From: a virus
Lineage: Duplodnaviria > Caudoviricetes
Reading direction: 5' to 3' (one strand)
Virus record (IMG/VR): IMGVR_UViG_2595698395_000001
Span: 1-64,000 of that record
Length of the DNA: 64,000 nt
Shown: in pieces, positions 1 to 8,081 of the stretch
Position numbering within the stretch: the stretch's first letter is position 1
How the letters are laid out: the number at the start of each line of letters is the position of its first letter
Notes under the pieces: model-generated
What the model saw: the letters and a program-made list of their open reading frames with translations, nothing else
What the model was told of the DNA's origin: nothing
Database searches by the model: none
Translations under genes and position numbers: made by a program

Positions 1-12
1 TTGGTTTTTTAT

Positions 13-249
13 TCACCGTATCAAAAAATCTGATACGAATGATATATCTGTAATTTTAAGTTCGTCGTCATTGTTTACTTTTAACGATCCTTCGTCATCG
101 AATAGGCTTTTAACCTTAGTGTCGTTTTTGAAGTGCTCAGTAACTTTTATTTCTGCCTCAGCATAATTCCTTGCGGAAACCAAAATTTTATCTGCACTCC
201 ACCTTCCTTTTATCCGTACCTCGTAAATGTTTTCATCGTTATGTGTCAT
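13..249 (-). CDS. hypothetical phage protein
   Basis: 78 aa ORF co-oriented with neighbours. Confidence 0.6.
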   Translation of the reverse strand: MTHNDENIYEVRIKGRWSADKILVSARNYAEAEIKVTEHFKNDTKVKSLFDDEGSLKVNNDDELKITDISFVSDFLIR

Positions 250-275
250 GTGTTTAGTTTTCTTGCTTATTAATA

Positions 276-557
276 TTAATCAAGTACTGTGATTGTCCGC
301 CAAGTTAAGTGAGGATTTTCAATCTCAAAGTATGCTATTGCAGTTTCTCGATTTGGTGCAGTAATATATTTAATAAACTTTTCTTTATTTTTAATTCCAG
401 AGAATCTAAAAGCACTTTTACTAACAACGTTTATATGTTTTTTCTTATTGTGATCTTGTTCACATTCATTCCAAACTTGTAATAAGGCTTGTTTTACACT
501 TAAACTTTCTGGATAAGCCGTTTGTTCTTGGATTTCTTTAATTCTTTCTGATGTCAT
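276..557 (-). CDS. hypothetical protein containing an internal cassette-type junction (KHINVVSKSA)
   Basis: ORF; minus-strand CATATAAACGTTGTTA at ~422-437 resembles the right arms in the 12-16 kb array. Confidence 0.65.
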   Translation of the reverse strand: MTSERIKEIQEQTAYPESLSVKQALLQVWNECEQDHNKKKHINVVSKSAFRFSGIKNKEKFIKYITAPNRETAIAYFEIENPHLTWRTITVLD

Positions 558-604
558 AATATTAGTTTTTAGTTTATTTATTCTGTATTGCTATATGCGA
601 TATT

Positions 605-650
605 TAACTTAGTATATAAAACATTAAAACGCTTTTATATACGGATGTTA
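605..650 (-). repeat. attC-like TAAC...GTTA hairpin
   Basis: minus strand TAAC-atcc-GTATATAAAAGCGTT ttaa TGTTTTATATAC-taa-GTTA. Confidence 0.7.
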
Positions 651-657
651 AAAAACA

Positions 658-679
658 AGCGGAGATTTTACACTCCGCT
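658..679 (-). terminator. hairpin downstream of 686..976
   Basis: AGCGGAG-attttaca-CTCCGCT followed on minus strand by TGTTTTTT. Confidence 0.55.
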
Positions 680-685
680 ATAAAA

Positions 686-976
686 TTAAGCGACTAAACT
701 ACCCGAACCAGTTTTTAAATCCGTTAGTATTTTTGTGCGCTCTTTTGTGTTTAACTCATCTTCTTTGATTTTATCTGTATCTATTGAAGCAGAATCAGGA
801 CAACCTAAAATTGGAATAGGAATGCCTAACACACTAGTCCATCCTACAATAACCAAAGTAGAACAAGAAGATTCACTAGGCGGTGTTTCTGGACTATCTC
901 CTTGACGTGATCTCTGCGCTTCCATGCTAGAAATTGACAATAATAAAAAACAAGATAATAAAAGTACTTTTTTCAT
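686..976 (-). CDS. small secreted protein (Sec signal, ..MEA|Q)
   Basis: MKKVLLLSCFLLLSISSMEAQ signal-like N-terminus, two Cys in mature part. Confidence 0.7.
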   Translation of the reverse strand: MKKVLLLSCFLLLSISSMEAQRSRQGDSPETPPSESSCSTLVIVGWTSVLGIPIPILGCPDSASIDTDKIKEDELNTKERTKILTDLKTGSGSLVA

Positions 977-1053
977 AATTCTAAATTGCCTAATAATTTA
1001 TACCAGGACTTTATTAAGGGTTAACATTATTTTTTTATATACTTGTGTTGTGC

Positions 1054-1233
1054 TTAATACGTAACTACCTCGCAATCTCCATACAGCCATTTGTGATTAT
1101 AATCAATAGCGTCATTTCTTTTATCAAATCTTTTTGCTTCCGAAAGTGAGGAAGTAAACGTGTGTCCTGTATGGTCTTTACATTTAAAATAAACCGTTCC
1201 CACATCTTCTTTTGTTAAAATATATTTTTTCAT
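1054..1233 (-). CDS. hypothetical 59 aa protein (not in ORF track)
   Basis: MKKYILTKEDVGTVYFKCK...CEVVTY*; stop followed by GCACAAC. Confidence 0.55.
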   Translation of the reverse strand: MKKYILTKEDVGTVYFKCKDHTGHTFTSSLSEAKRFDKRNDAIDYNHKWLYGDCEVVTY

Positions 1234-1557
1234 AAAAAAATTAGTTTTTCGTCTCCTTTATAAAGGCGGTAGACTATACCTTATTTTATATTTAACTTAA
1301 TATATAAAACATTAAGCATAGTGATTTTTAATTTGTTCTGTCCTGTGTCTAATTAATAAATCTATTTTATCCAACATTTCAATTTCTTTTTCATCCAGTA
1401 TCGCAGTTGCGGTATTTGTCTTTTTATCAAGTAAATATTTAGGCGTTAAACTGTTTAATAGTTTTGTTTTTTTTCAAGAAGTTGTTTAATATCTGGATCT
1501 TCTAAAAGGCGTTTATTTATCTCTCTAATTTTATCAAAGTTTGTTTTCATAATTTTT

Positions 1558-2412
1558 CTATTTTCTTTGTGATCCTCCTTTGAATACTACAACATTAAAC
1601 ATTGAGAACAACCTATCAAAGACTCTGCTTCCGTATTTTAAACCGAACTGTTCCAATCCTTTTGACACATCGTCCGGAAACTCATCGTTAAAGTTACAAG
1701 TGGCGTAGGTTCGCTTATTTGCATCGTATCTCTTTTCAAGAATATCCTTAAAGATATTGATTTTTCCGTAATTATTAGCTTCTCTTTCCGTAAGTAAATC
1801 ATCGAAATTTAAAACACCGGTAACCATATCCTTCCAAAACAACTCTTTTTCAGTATTGGTTTCGCATGCTTCGTATTGTAGAACAACATCGTTTGCAGTT
1901 TTTGTTTTGAAAGTGAAATTAGAAAACTTCATACTTTCCTCCATTGCTTTCATTACAGATGTTTTACCGTTTCCGTAACCGCCAATAATTAAAAGGCCTT
2001 TGTTTTTATCTGGAGCAGAAATTGGAGAAACGTTCTTGCATTTTTTGAAATTTTCAAAATCTCCAATGAAATAATAAACCAATGGCTTAAGGTTCTCTAT
2101 GCTATCTTCGCTTCTTGAATACTTGACTTTGTTTAATTCAAAATATTTTCTATTGAATACCTCCCAAAGTAATTCTTTTGTCAAAAAAGGTTTTGGTTCC
2201 TGTTTTTTTTCAGGTGTTGCTTTTTTTTCAACAACAAAAACCGTTGGATGCTTTTCTTCGTAAGCCTCAATTTTTTTTAAAGCTTCAGCAATTGTTAAAT
2301 CAGGAAATTGCATATTAAAAAAACCAATAGTTTCATCGTTAATTTCTTCCAAATTTAAAGCTTTTAATGCTTCGTATTTTCTTTTTCCGATTATTTTGTT
2401 TTGATTTTCCAT
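1558..2412 (-). CDS. DnaC/IstB-like P-loop ATPase (helicase loader)
   Basis: Walker A GGYGNGKT, FDDL Walker B, YGSRVFDRL..M and GGSQR motifs; follows initiator gene; likely start MENQNK at 2412. Confidence 0.85.
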   Translation of the reverse strand: MENQNKIIGKRKYEALKALNLEEINDETIGFFNMQFPDLTIAEALKKIEAYEEKHPTVFVVEKKATPEKKQEPKPFLTKELLWEVFNRKYFELNKVKYSRSEDSIENLKPLVYYFIGDFENFKKCKNVSPISAPDKNKGLLIIGGYGNGKTSVMKAMEESMKFSNFTFKTKTANDVVLQYEACETNTEKELFWKDMVTGVLNFDDLLTEREANNYGKINIFKDILEKRYDANKRTYATCNFNDEFPDDVSKGLEQFGLKYGSRVFDRLFSMFNVVVFKGGSQRK

Positions 2413-2413
2413 A

Positions 2414-3076
2414 TTAATTTCGGTTTGTTCCAAAACTTGGTTTTGTTTTTTGTTGATTATTGGCATTGTATGTTCTTTCCCTTTCTTTCCACGTTTTTAA
2501 TCTTAACGATGTACTGAAGCTTTTTTCTTTTTCCTTTCTAAATTTTTTGTCTTTATCTCCATGTTCTGACCAGTAGTTGTAGAATTTATTTAAAAGATTA
2601 CGATCATATTTTTCTTCAAAAGCTAGTAAGGAATTTTTAAATTCCGCTTTTCTATCTTCAATACTTTTTTTTATAACTTTAACTGTATCTGTATCTGTTA
2701 CTGTATCTGTTACTGTATCTGTTACTGTATCTGTTACTGTATCTGTTACTATGGTATCGGTTGGATTTGTTGAGCTTTGTTTAACACTTTCAACATGTGT
2801 TGAATTTGAGGACTCTTGTTTTCTTTTTTCAGCACTTGCTTTACCTGCTTTAGATCGCTTGCTAACTATTGATTCATAGCGATTTAAGTCTCTTTTTAGT
2901 TGTAATTTTATTGGTTCAAAAACTAAATCTATAATTTGGTTTTCGGGCTCAGGATTTTTATCATTTACATATCTTAGTATGTGTTTTAGTAATTTTCCTG
3001 CTTGTTCGTCTTCTAGTTTTTCTACAGTATGGACCAAATCACAATACATTAGAAATGATTTTTTATCTTTAGCCAT
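2414..3076 (-). CDS. phage replication initiator (DUF6291-like N-terminus)
   Basis: KKSFLMYCD..L.DEQAGKL..I..Y N-terminus, low-complexity TDTV linker, C-terminal FYNYW...RLKTW domain. Confidence 0.8.
   Translation of the reverse strand: MAKDKKSFLMYCDLVHTVEKLEDEQAGKLLKHILRYVNDKNPEPENQIIDLVFEPIKLQLKRDLNRYESIVSKRSKAGKASAEKRKQESSNSTHVESVKQSSTNPTDTIVTDTVTDTVTDTVTDTVTDTDTVKVIKKSIEDRKAEFKNSLLAFEEKYDRNLLNKFYNYWSEHGDKDKKFRKEKEKSFSTSLRLKTWKERERTYNANNQQKTKPSFGTNRN
2683..2750. repeat. 12-bp tandem repeat GTATCTGTTACT x5 within initiator gene
   Basis: exact copies at 2691, 2703, 2715, 2727 and 2739 plus a partial copy. Confidence 0.9.
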
Positions 3077-3087
3077 TATTTTTAGGT

Positions 3088-3191
3088 ATAAAAAAACCGC
3101 TAAAAAACCATAGCCCTCTCACAAGCATCTGGTAATTTAGCGGTACATAATCAATATTTTTCATTGTGAGAGAATTTGAGCACCAAATGTA
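3088..3191 (-). promoter_or_regulatory. TAnnTTTG promoter plus structured leader/terminator upstream of initiator
   Basis: TACATTTG (3184-3191), interleaved helices CTCTCACAA/TTGTGAGAG and ACCGCTAAA/TTTAGCGGT + U-tract. Confidence 0.65.
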
Positions 3192-3221
3192 TAAAATTAT
3201 TTTAAATTAAATACTATTTTT

Positions 3222-3419
3222 TTAATTATTTTTTAGTAAAAATTGCATTGTTGTAGTGAGTTGTGTTATTTCCATTTTGAAATTCTCTATATCGTTATTA
3301 GCGTAGAATAGATCCGCTTGCATTTCTGGTTCATCTATTATCTTTTCGGAGTTCTTTATCTCTGCCTGAAGGTCTGCAATACGCTTCTGGATGGTTAGTA
3401 TTGCTTTATAGTGTGTCAT
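3222..3419 (-). CDS. hypothetical coiled-coil protein
   Basis: ORF with overlapping start/stop coupling. Confidence 0.6.
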   Translation of the reverse strand: MTHYKAILTIQKRIADLQAEIKNSEKIIDEPEMQADLFYANNDIENFKMEITQLTTTMQFLLKNN

Positions 3420-3706
3420 TTTTTATTTAATTTATCTTTTAATCCCCAATATGTCCCAAGTAAACCACCAATTAAACTACACATTATTACAGGTAAATAA
3501 GCAAAATTAAAATCCTTCATAAGAGAATTAATACTTACAACTCCAATAGAAATACTGACTAACCAAGCTATGTGAATTATGGCCCCACTTATAAGCGCTT
3601 TTTTCATATTTTTATCAGCTATTGCTTTTACATTTATAGTTCTACTTCCTATAAATATTATTTGTGTTAAAAAAACTACTACACTATCTATTAAAATGCT
3701 GCTCAT
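3416..3706 (-). CDS. small membrane protein
   Basis: three hydrophobic segments. Confidence 0.7.
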   Translation of the reverse strand: MSSILIDSVVVFLTQIIFIGSRTINVKAIADKNMKKALISGAIIHIAWLVSISIGVVSINSLMKDFNFAYLPVIMCSLIGGLLGTYWGLKDKLNKK

Positions 3707-4230
3707 AAAATTATTTTTAATATTATATTAGTTACTTTATTTTCCAAATCTGATAATGTGCCATTGTTTGTTATTATGAAATCAGAGTACCTAAATAAAT
3801 CTGCTGTATTTGATTCTTTACTTTCACGTTTTACCCTCCAATTATAAACACCTATGATGTGGTCAAATACTTTTGATTCCTTAGCTTCTTGTACCTCTAA
3901 AGCACTTCTTAGTCCTACGTATATGTTAGCTACACTTAAAACGTCTCTAACTAGTCTTAATTTATCTAATGAATTGTATCTACAAATTTCGTTGTACCAT
4001 ATCTCTCTGTGATTAACTCTATCGTTAAAAGCATCTTCTTCATTATCATATGTTAATCCATATTTTAAACTTAGAACACTCCTTAGAAACACCCTAAGCG
4101 CAACTCTTGAACTAGAATCGTTTTTTAATCCAGTTTTATTTGTGATAAACTTAGCTAGTTCATCTTTTCCGTGTCTTGCGTCTCCGAGTATTAAAATACT
4201 TGTAGATTTATTTATTTTACTCATATCCAA
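3703..4230 (-). CDS. deoxynucleoside monophosphate kinase-like
   Basis: G.ARHGKD P-loop, GLRS..E, DFIITNNGTLSDL C-terminal motif. Confidence 0.75.
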   Translation of the reverse strand: MDMSKINKSTSILILGDARHGKDELAKFITNKTGLKNDSSSRVALRVFLRSVLSLKYGLTYDNEEDAFNDRVNHREIWYNEICRYNSLDKLRLVRDVLSVANIYVGLRSALEVQEAKESKVFDHIIGVYNWRVKRESKESNTADLFRYSDFIITNNGTLSDLENKVTNIILKIIL

Positions 4231-4344
4231 ATTGTTTTTTAATACGTTGTTTTTCTTTTTCTATTGATTCTATGTTTGTAAGGTATAAATACCTGTGGTA
4301 CTCTTCGTTTAGATTTACTAGTTCTTTAGGTGTTGAAAGCATAA

Positions 4345-4812
4345 TTACGCTACTTTAAGGTTATCTAATAAGTTGAAGTCTTGGACTACTACTTCGTTTA
4401 TATACGAATCTGTATTATTGTATCTTTTAAGGTTGTCTAGTAAATTGAAATCTTGAACTACTACTTTGCTTATCTCGGTGGTTTTATATTTAATTTCTTT
4501 AATGTAAAAGTCTATTTCCTCCTTTAAGTCTTTATAAATTTCGCAATGATCTGAAATTTTTTTATATCCATGCCAAACATTTGCGTGGTTGTAAGGTCTG
4601 TTTCTTCCGTATATTAATGAAATTTCACCAATTTCTTTTAAAGAAGGTTTTGTAAATCTATAGCATAAGTAAAAAAACTTCTGCCGAGTATACATTAAAT
4701 CTGTTTTTCTTGTGTTTGAAAAAAGTACTTCAGGAGTTATTTCGTTGTATTCGCAAACCAATTTCAAAATGAAATCAGGACTTACCGTTGATTCTTCTAT
4801 AAATCTTTCCAT
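4345..4812 (-). CDS. DnaA C-terminal-like HTH DNA-binding protein
   Basis: S.TRK..L..RQ.F.YL....SLKEIG....HANV.HG.KKI pattern of Bac_DnaA_C. Confidence 0.75.
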   Translation of the reverse strand: MERFIEESTVSPDFILKLVCEYNEITPEVLFSNTRKTDLMYTRQKFFYLCYRFTKPSLKEIGEISLIYGRNRPYNHANVWHGYKKISDHCEIYKDLKEEIDFYIKEIKYKTTEISKVVVQDFNLLDNLKRYNNTDSYINEVVVQDFNLLDNLKVA

Positions 4813-4851
4813 ATTATTGATTTTTTAAATTAAACTCTGAGATAAAATTAT

Positions 4852-4977
4852 CTACCTCATGGCTTGGATTTTTTTTAATTTTTTACATGTTTCCTGGAAT
4901 ATTTCTAGTGGTCCAGTGGTTACGCAAAAAGTTTTTGCAATCTTCTTTTCTTCTCGTGATTTTTTAATGTTTGCCAT
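4852..4977 (-). CDS. small DNA-binding protein candidate (likely start MANIKK)
   Basis: basic short ORF; TATATTTG promoter at 4999-5006 lies inside the longer called ORF. Confidence 0.4.
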   Translation of the reverse strand: MANIKKSREEKKIAKTFCVTTGPLEIFQETCKKLKKIQAMR

Positions 4978-5039
4978 ATTTTTATATTGATGTTGAACAA
5001 ATATAGTTAATATATAGTTATGTTTTGCATTAAGCATAA

Positions 5040-5074
5040 AAAAAGCATCAAGTTTTTTAAGTTTGATGCTTTTT
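5040..5074. terminator. intrinsic terminator
   Basis: AAAAAGCATCAA...TTGATGCTTTTT inverted repeat with A/T tails. Confidence 0.75.
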
Positions 5075-5106
5075 ATTAATGTAAGTTACTGATAATCAGT
5101 TAGTTA

Positions 5107-5466
5107 TTAAAATGGTAAATCATCCTCTTCCTCTTCTGATTGTGCAGGTGGTAGGTCTTTGGACTCGTACTTATCTACTGCGGATTCTGGTTTTGCCTCT
5201 GGTTGGCCAAGTAGTTCAATTCTCCATCCTTGGAGGTTGACGTAGTACTTCCCATTATATTCAGATCCCCTATGGTTTATACCAACTTTTACTGACTGAC
5301 CAATCGTGTAGCTGTTTAATAAATCTCCTTTATCTTTAACAAAGTCCATGGCTAGTTTTTGCGGAAAGTTTTCATCCGTTTCTATCACTAGTTGTCTCTT
5401 GCTAAAACCGTTATTTCCGAAAGTCTCTGTTTCGCCAATTACTATAATTTTTCCTTCTAATTCCAT
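5107..5466 (-). CDS. DUF3127 family SSB-like protein
   Basis: MELEGKI..ETFG.NGFSKRQLVIET, GSEYNGKYY..LQGWRIE, acidic DDLPF tail. Confidence 0.9.
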   Translation of the reverse strand: MELEGKIIVIGETETFGNNGFSKRQLVIETDENFPQKLAMDFVKDKGDLLNSYTIGQSVKVGINHRGSEYNGKYYVNLQGWRIELLGQPEAKPESAVDKYESKDLPPAQSEEEEDDLPF

Positions 5467-5741
5467 AATTCTGTTATTGTTTTTTCTTTTGGTTTATTTC
5501 TAATGTATTTTTTTATGATGTAATTTTCTGCTCCAACATCAAGCCAGTTAATAATTTTGAAAAAAGTCTCCATTCTTATAAACTTGCAGTGACGTATATT
5601 GTATATGGTTTTACGATCTATTTCAATTTTTTTTTGTAGATACTCTAACGACTTATTTACAGAGTTTAATTTTACTCTAATGTCAGTATATAGCTTTTCA
5701 AAATCTAGCGTTGTAATCCATTCTCCGTGATTCGTTTTCAT
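5457..5741 (-). CDS. HTH DNA-binding protein
   Basis: IEIDRKTIYNI...METFFKIINWL XRE-like pattern. Confidence 0.6.
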   Translation of the reverse strand: MKTNHGEWITTLDFEKLYTDIRVKLNSVNKSLEYLQKKIEIDRKTIYNIRHCKFIRMETFFKIINWLDVGAENYIIKKYIRNKPKEKTITELWN

Positions 5742-5829
5742 TCTCTATTGTTGTAATTATACCAAAATTTAGCAACCAATATTAATGCAATATAAATTAT
5801 TATGCAAGTTAAATGAATCATTTGTGTTA

Positions 5830-6114
5830 TTAGTTTCCGGTTCCTGCTATGTATTGCCCATAGTCAATTTCTGCGATTAAATCTTTAAGTGTTTTTCCAT
5901 CCATGTTGTTTATGGTAGGGAACTTAGATCCTTCTTCGTCTGCCAGGTATATTTCATCCCATTTACATTTTTTGATCTCTTTAACATTGCTATCTCTTAG
6001 TTCCGAAATATCTATGTTTTGTTCTTCGCAAAGAAGTATTGTTGCTAATAGTTCTGTTTCTGCGGCAACAATATCCATTTCTCCGTCTTCGTGTATAAAT
6101 TTGAATATTCTCAT
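5830..6114 (-). CDS. hypothetical protein
   Basis: ORF in operon; motif similarity to 14607..14918. Confidence 0.65.
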   Translation of the reverse strand: MRIFKFIHEDGEMDIVAAETELLATILLCEEQNIDISELRDSNVKEIKKCKWDEIYLADEEGSKFPTINNMDGKTLKDLIAEIDYGQYIAGTGN

Positions 6115-6115
6115 G

Positions 6116-6466
6116 TTATGTTAGTTTTTCGTTATCAAGTAGGCTTGGGATTGATGAGTTAATTTCAGATGGTTCTCTATTCATTATAAAATGCTCAAAC
6201 CTCATATTAAATTCTGCATTTGTCTTTTCTATTTCATTATCATACCAAGTATATCCAATATCATAACCACCTCTTATAATTGATGAATGATTTCTTAAAG
6301 CAGGTTGACCTGTATGCCCCATTCTTCTTGATTTAACGAAATAACTATTAAAATACTCTTCTCCAGATAGCATTTCAGGCTTACCAATTTCTTCTATAAT
6401 TTTTGCAGCAGCTATAGGAGCCACGGCAATACCTAATAAGGATTTTAAAAAACTACTTCTTTTCAT
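6116..6466 (-). CDS. hypothetical protein with Tat-like N-terminus
   Basis: MKRSSFLKSLLGIAVAP. Confidence 0.6.
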   Translation of the reverse strand: MKRSSFLKSLLGIAVAPIAAAKIIEEIGKPEMLSGEEYFNSYFVKSRRMGHTGQPALRNHSSIIRGGYDIGYTWYDNEIEKTNAEFNMRFEHFIMNREPSEINSSIPSLLDNEKLT

Positions 6467-6467
6467 G

Positions 6468-7211
6468 TTAAAATGCGTATTTATTTAGGTTAATACTTAA
6501 TCCCGAATCTGCAATATATGTTTCTTTTATAAATTCTTCTTCGATTTTTCTCTTAAATTCAATTTCGTTGGAGTTTCTATCCGATAAGTGAATTAATGTT
6601 ATTGTTCTTGTTTTTGATAAGTCATTCGCGCGAAGCATATCTTGTAGGTTTTGGAAACTCATGTGGCTAGAAAGTACTCTATCTCTTAAGAATTGGTTCT
6701 CGGAGCCAGATTTTCTTTTTTCTTCAATTATATCTTCGCAATAATTAGCTTCTACGATCCAATGGCTAATGTTAGCAAATTTAAAAGGAGAATATACCGT
6801 ATCAGTAATAAAACAAATACTTCCGGATTCTGGATGGTGCACAACAAAACCAAACGGTTCTTTTGTGTCGTGAATTGTATTAAATCCTAATACGGTATAT
6901 GGTCCAATTTTTACTTTTTTCATTGGTTCTAATATGACTGACCTATGGTGGTCAATCATATTAGTTTCTTCCAATGTTCCTTTAGATGCGTAAATTGGTA
7001 CTCCGGAAGCTGCCAAGTGGTTTATGGCTTTGCAATGATCTTGGTGCCCGTGAGTAAATATACACGCGGACACGTTTTCAAGATTATAGTTAATGGCTTT
7101 TTTTACATCTACTGGATGGACTCCTGCTTCAACAATAAGCATTACACCATCATTATCTGTAAGTAGATAACAGTTACCATTGCTTCCTGAGCCAATTACA
7201 TCTAATTTCAT
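6468..7211 (-). CDS. MBL-fold metallohydrolase (exonuclease partner of RecT)
   Basis: GSGSNGNCY, THGHQDH, HD, TDT, EANY, HLS motifs. Confidence 0.9.
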   Translation of the reverse strand: MKLDVIGSGSNGNCYLLTDNDGVMLIVEAGVHPVDVKKAINYNLENVSACIFTHGHQDHCKAINHLAASGVPIYASKGTLEETNMIDHHRSVILEPMKKVKIGPYTVLGFNTIHDTKEPFGFVVHHPESGSICFITDTVYSPFKFANISHWIVEANYCEDIIEEKRKSGSENQFLRDRVLSSHMSFQNLQDMLRANDLSKTRTITLIHLSDRNSNEIEFKRKIEEEFIKETYIADSGLSINLNKYAF

Positions 7212-8065
7212 TAAAACTTCTTGTCTATGATTTCACCGGTAATAGTGTCTACATCGTCAGTCGTTTCTTCTTCGTGCTCAATATCGATAACATCTGTGTT
7301 GGCATTTTCAGAAATAGCATGTTTAACATCTTCTTTAGCAACATCAATTTCGTTGTCAACATCATCGTAAAGAACTTTATCATCACTTGAACGAATAAGC
7401 ATTTTACAAGCTCTGTTTAATACAGTACGTTGTGCCATTTGATCTGGAAAGTTTTTGTGTGCCGGAGAGCCACCGTTTGTTGCCCCTTGGTTCCAAGATT
7501 TTTTAATCTGGTCCATGTTCATTATTTCAACATCCATAGTTCCATCAACAAGTTCAAATGCTGCGTATGCTCCAATAATTTCATCGGAACCAATACTTTG
7601 AAGCGTTTGTTTATGCTTTACAATTCTTCTTAATCCTGTTTCTGGAACGATTTCAAACTCAAATTCATCGCCTTTCATAATACAGTTAGCTTTTATAGTT
7701 TTAAGCTTACCGTATCTCTTAGCCATCATTACGTTTCCTAAGTAAGATACGGACGCTTCTAGCTTATCTCCGTAAGGCACAAAGTATATTTGTCCTTTCA
7801 ATGGAGAAACGCCCCATACGACCATCTTAAGTAGTGCATTTGCAATACTTCCTTGGGAGCAAGCTGTTAAAACAGGCTTCTTGTCTCTTGTAAGGGATTC
7901 ATTTAAAACCAAGTATGCTGATTTCAATGCATTTTCGGCAGAATAGTCTTTCGGAAGCCTAAGTTCTCCGGACTGCTTAAAAGTATTTATCTTGTTTAAG
8001 ACGATTGCTGTAATGTCTTTTTCTTTCGTAGCTACCGCAGTAGTCTTTTTAGTTTCTGTACTCAT
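7211..8065 (-). CDS. recT: RecT family ssDNA annealing protein
   Basis: SIANAL..M...G.SP.K.Q.YFVPYG..L....SY.G; HKNFPDQMA.RTV.NRACK. Confidence 0.9.
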   Translation of the reverse strand: MSTETKKTTAVATKEKDITAIVLNKINTFKQSGELRLPKDYSAENALKSAYLVLNESLTRDKKPVLTACSQGSIANALLKMVVWGVSPLKGQIYFVPYGDKLEASVSYLGNVMMAKRYGKLKTIKANCIMKGDEFEFEIVPETGLRRIVKHKQTLQSIGSDEIIGAYAAFELVDGTMDVEIMNMDQIKKSWNQGATNGGSPAHKNFPDQMAQRTVLNRACKMLIRSSDDKVLYDDVDNEIDVAKEDVKHAISENANTDVIDIEHEEETTDDVDTITGEIIDKKF

Positions 8066-8081
8066 GCTTATTGTTTAATTG

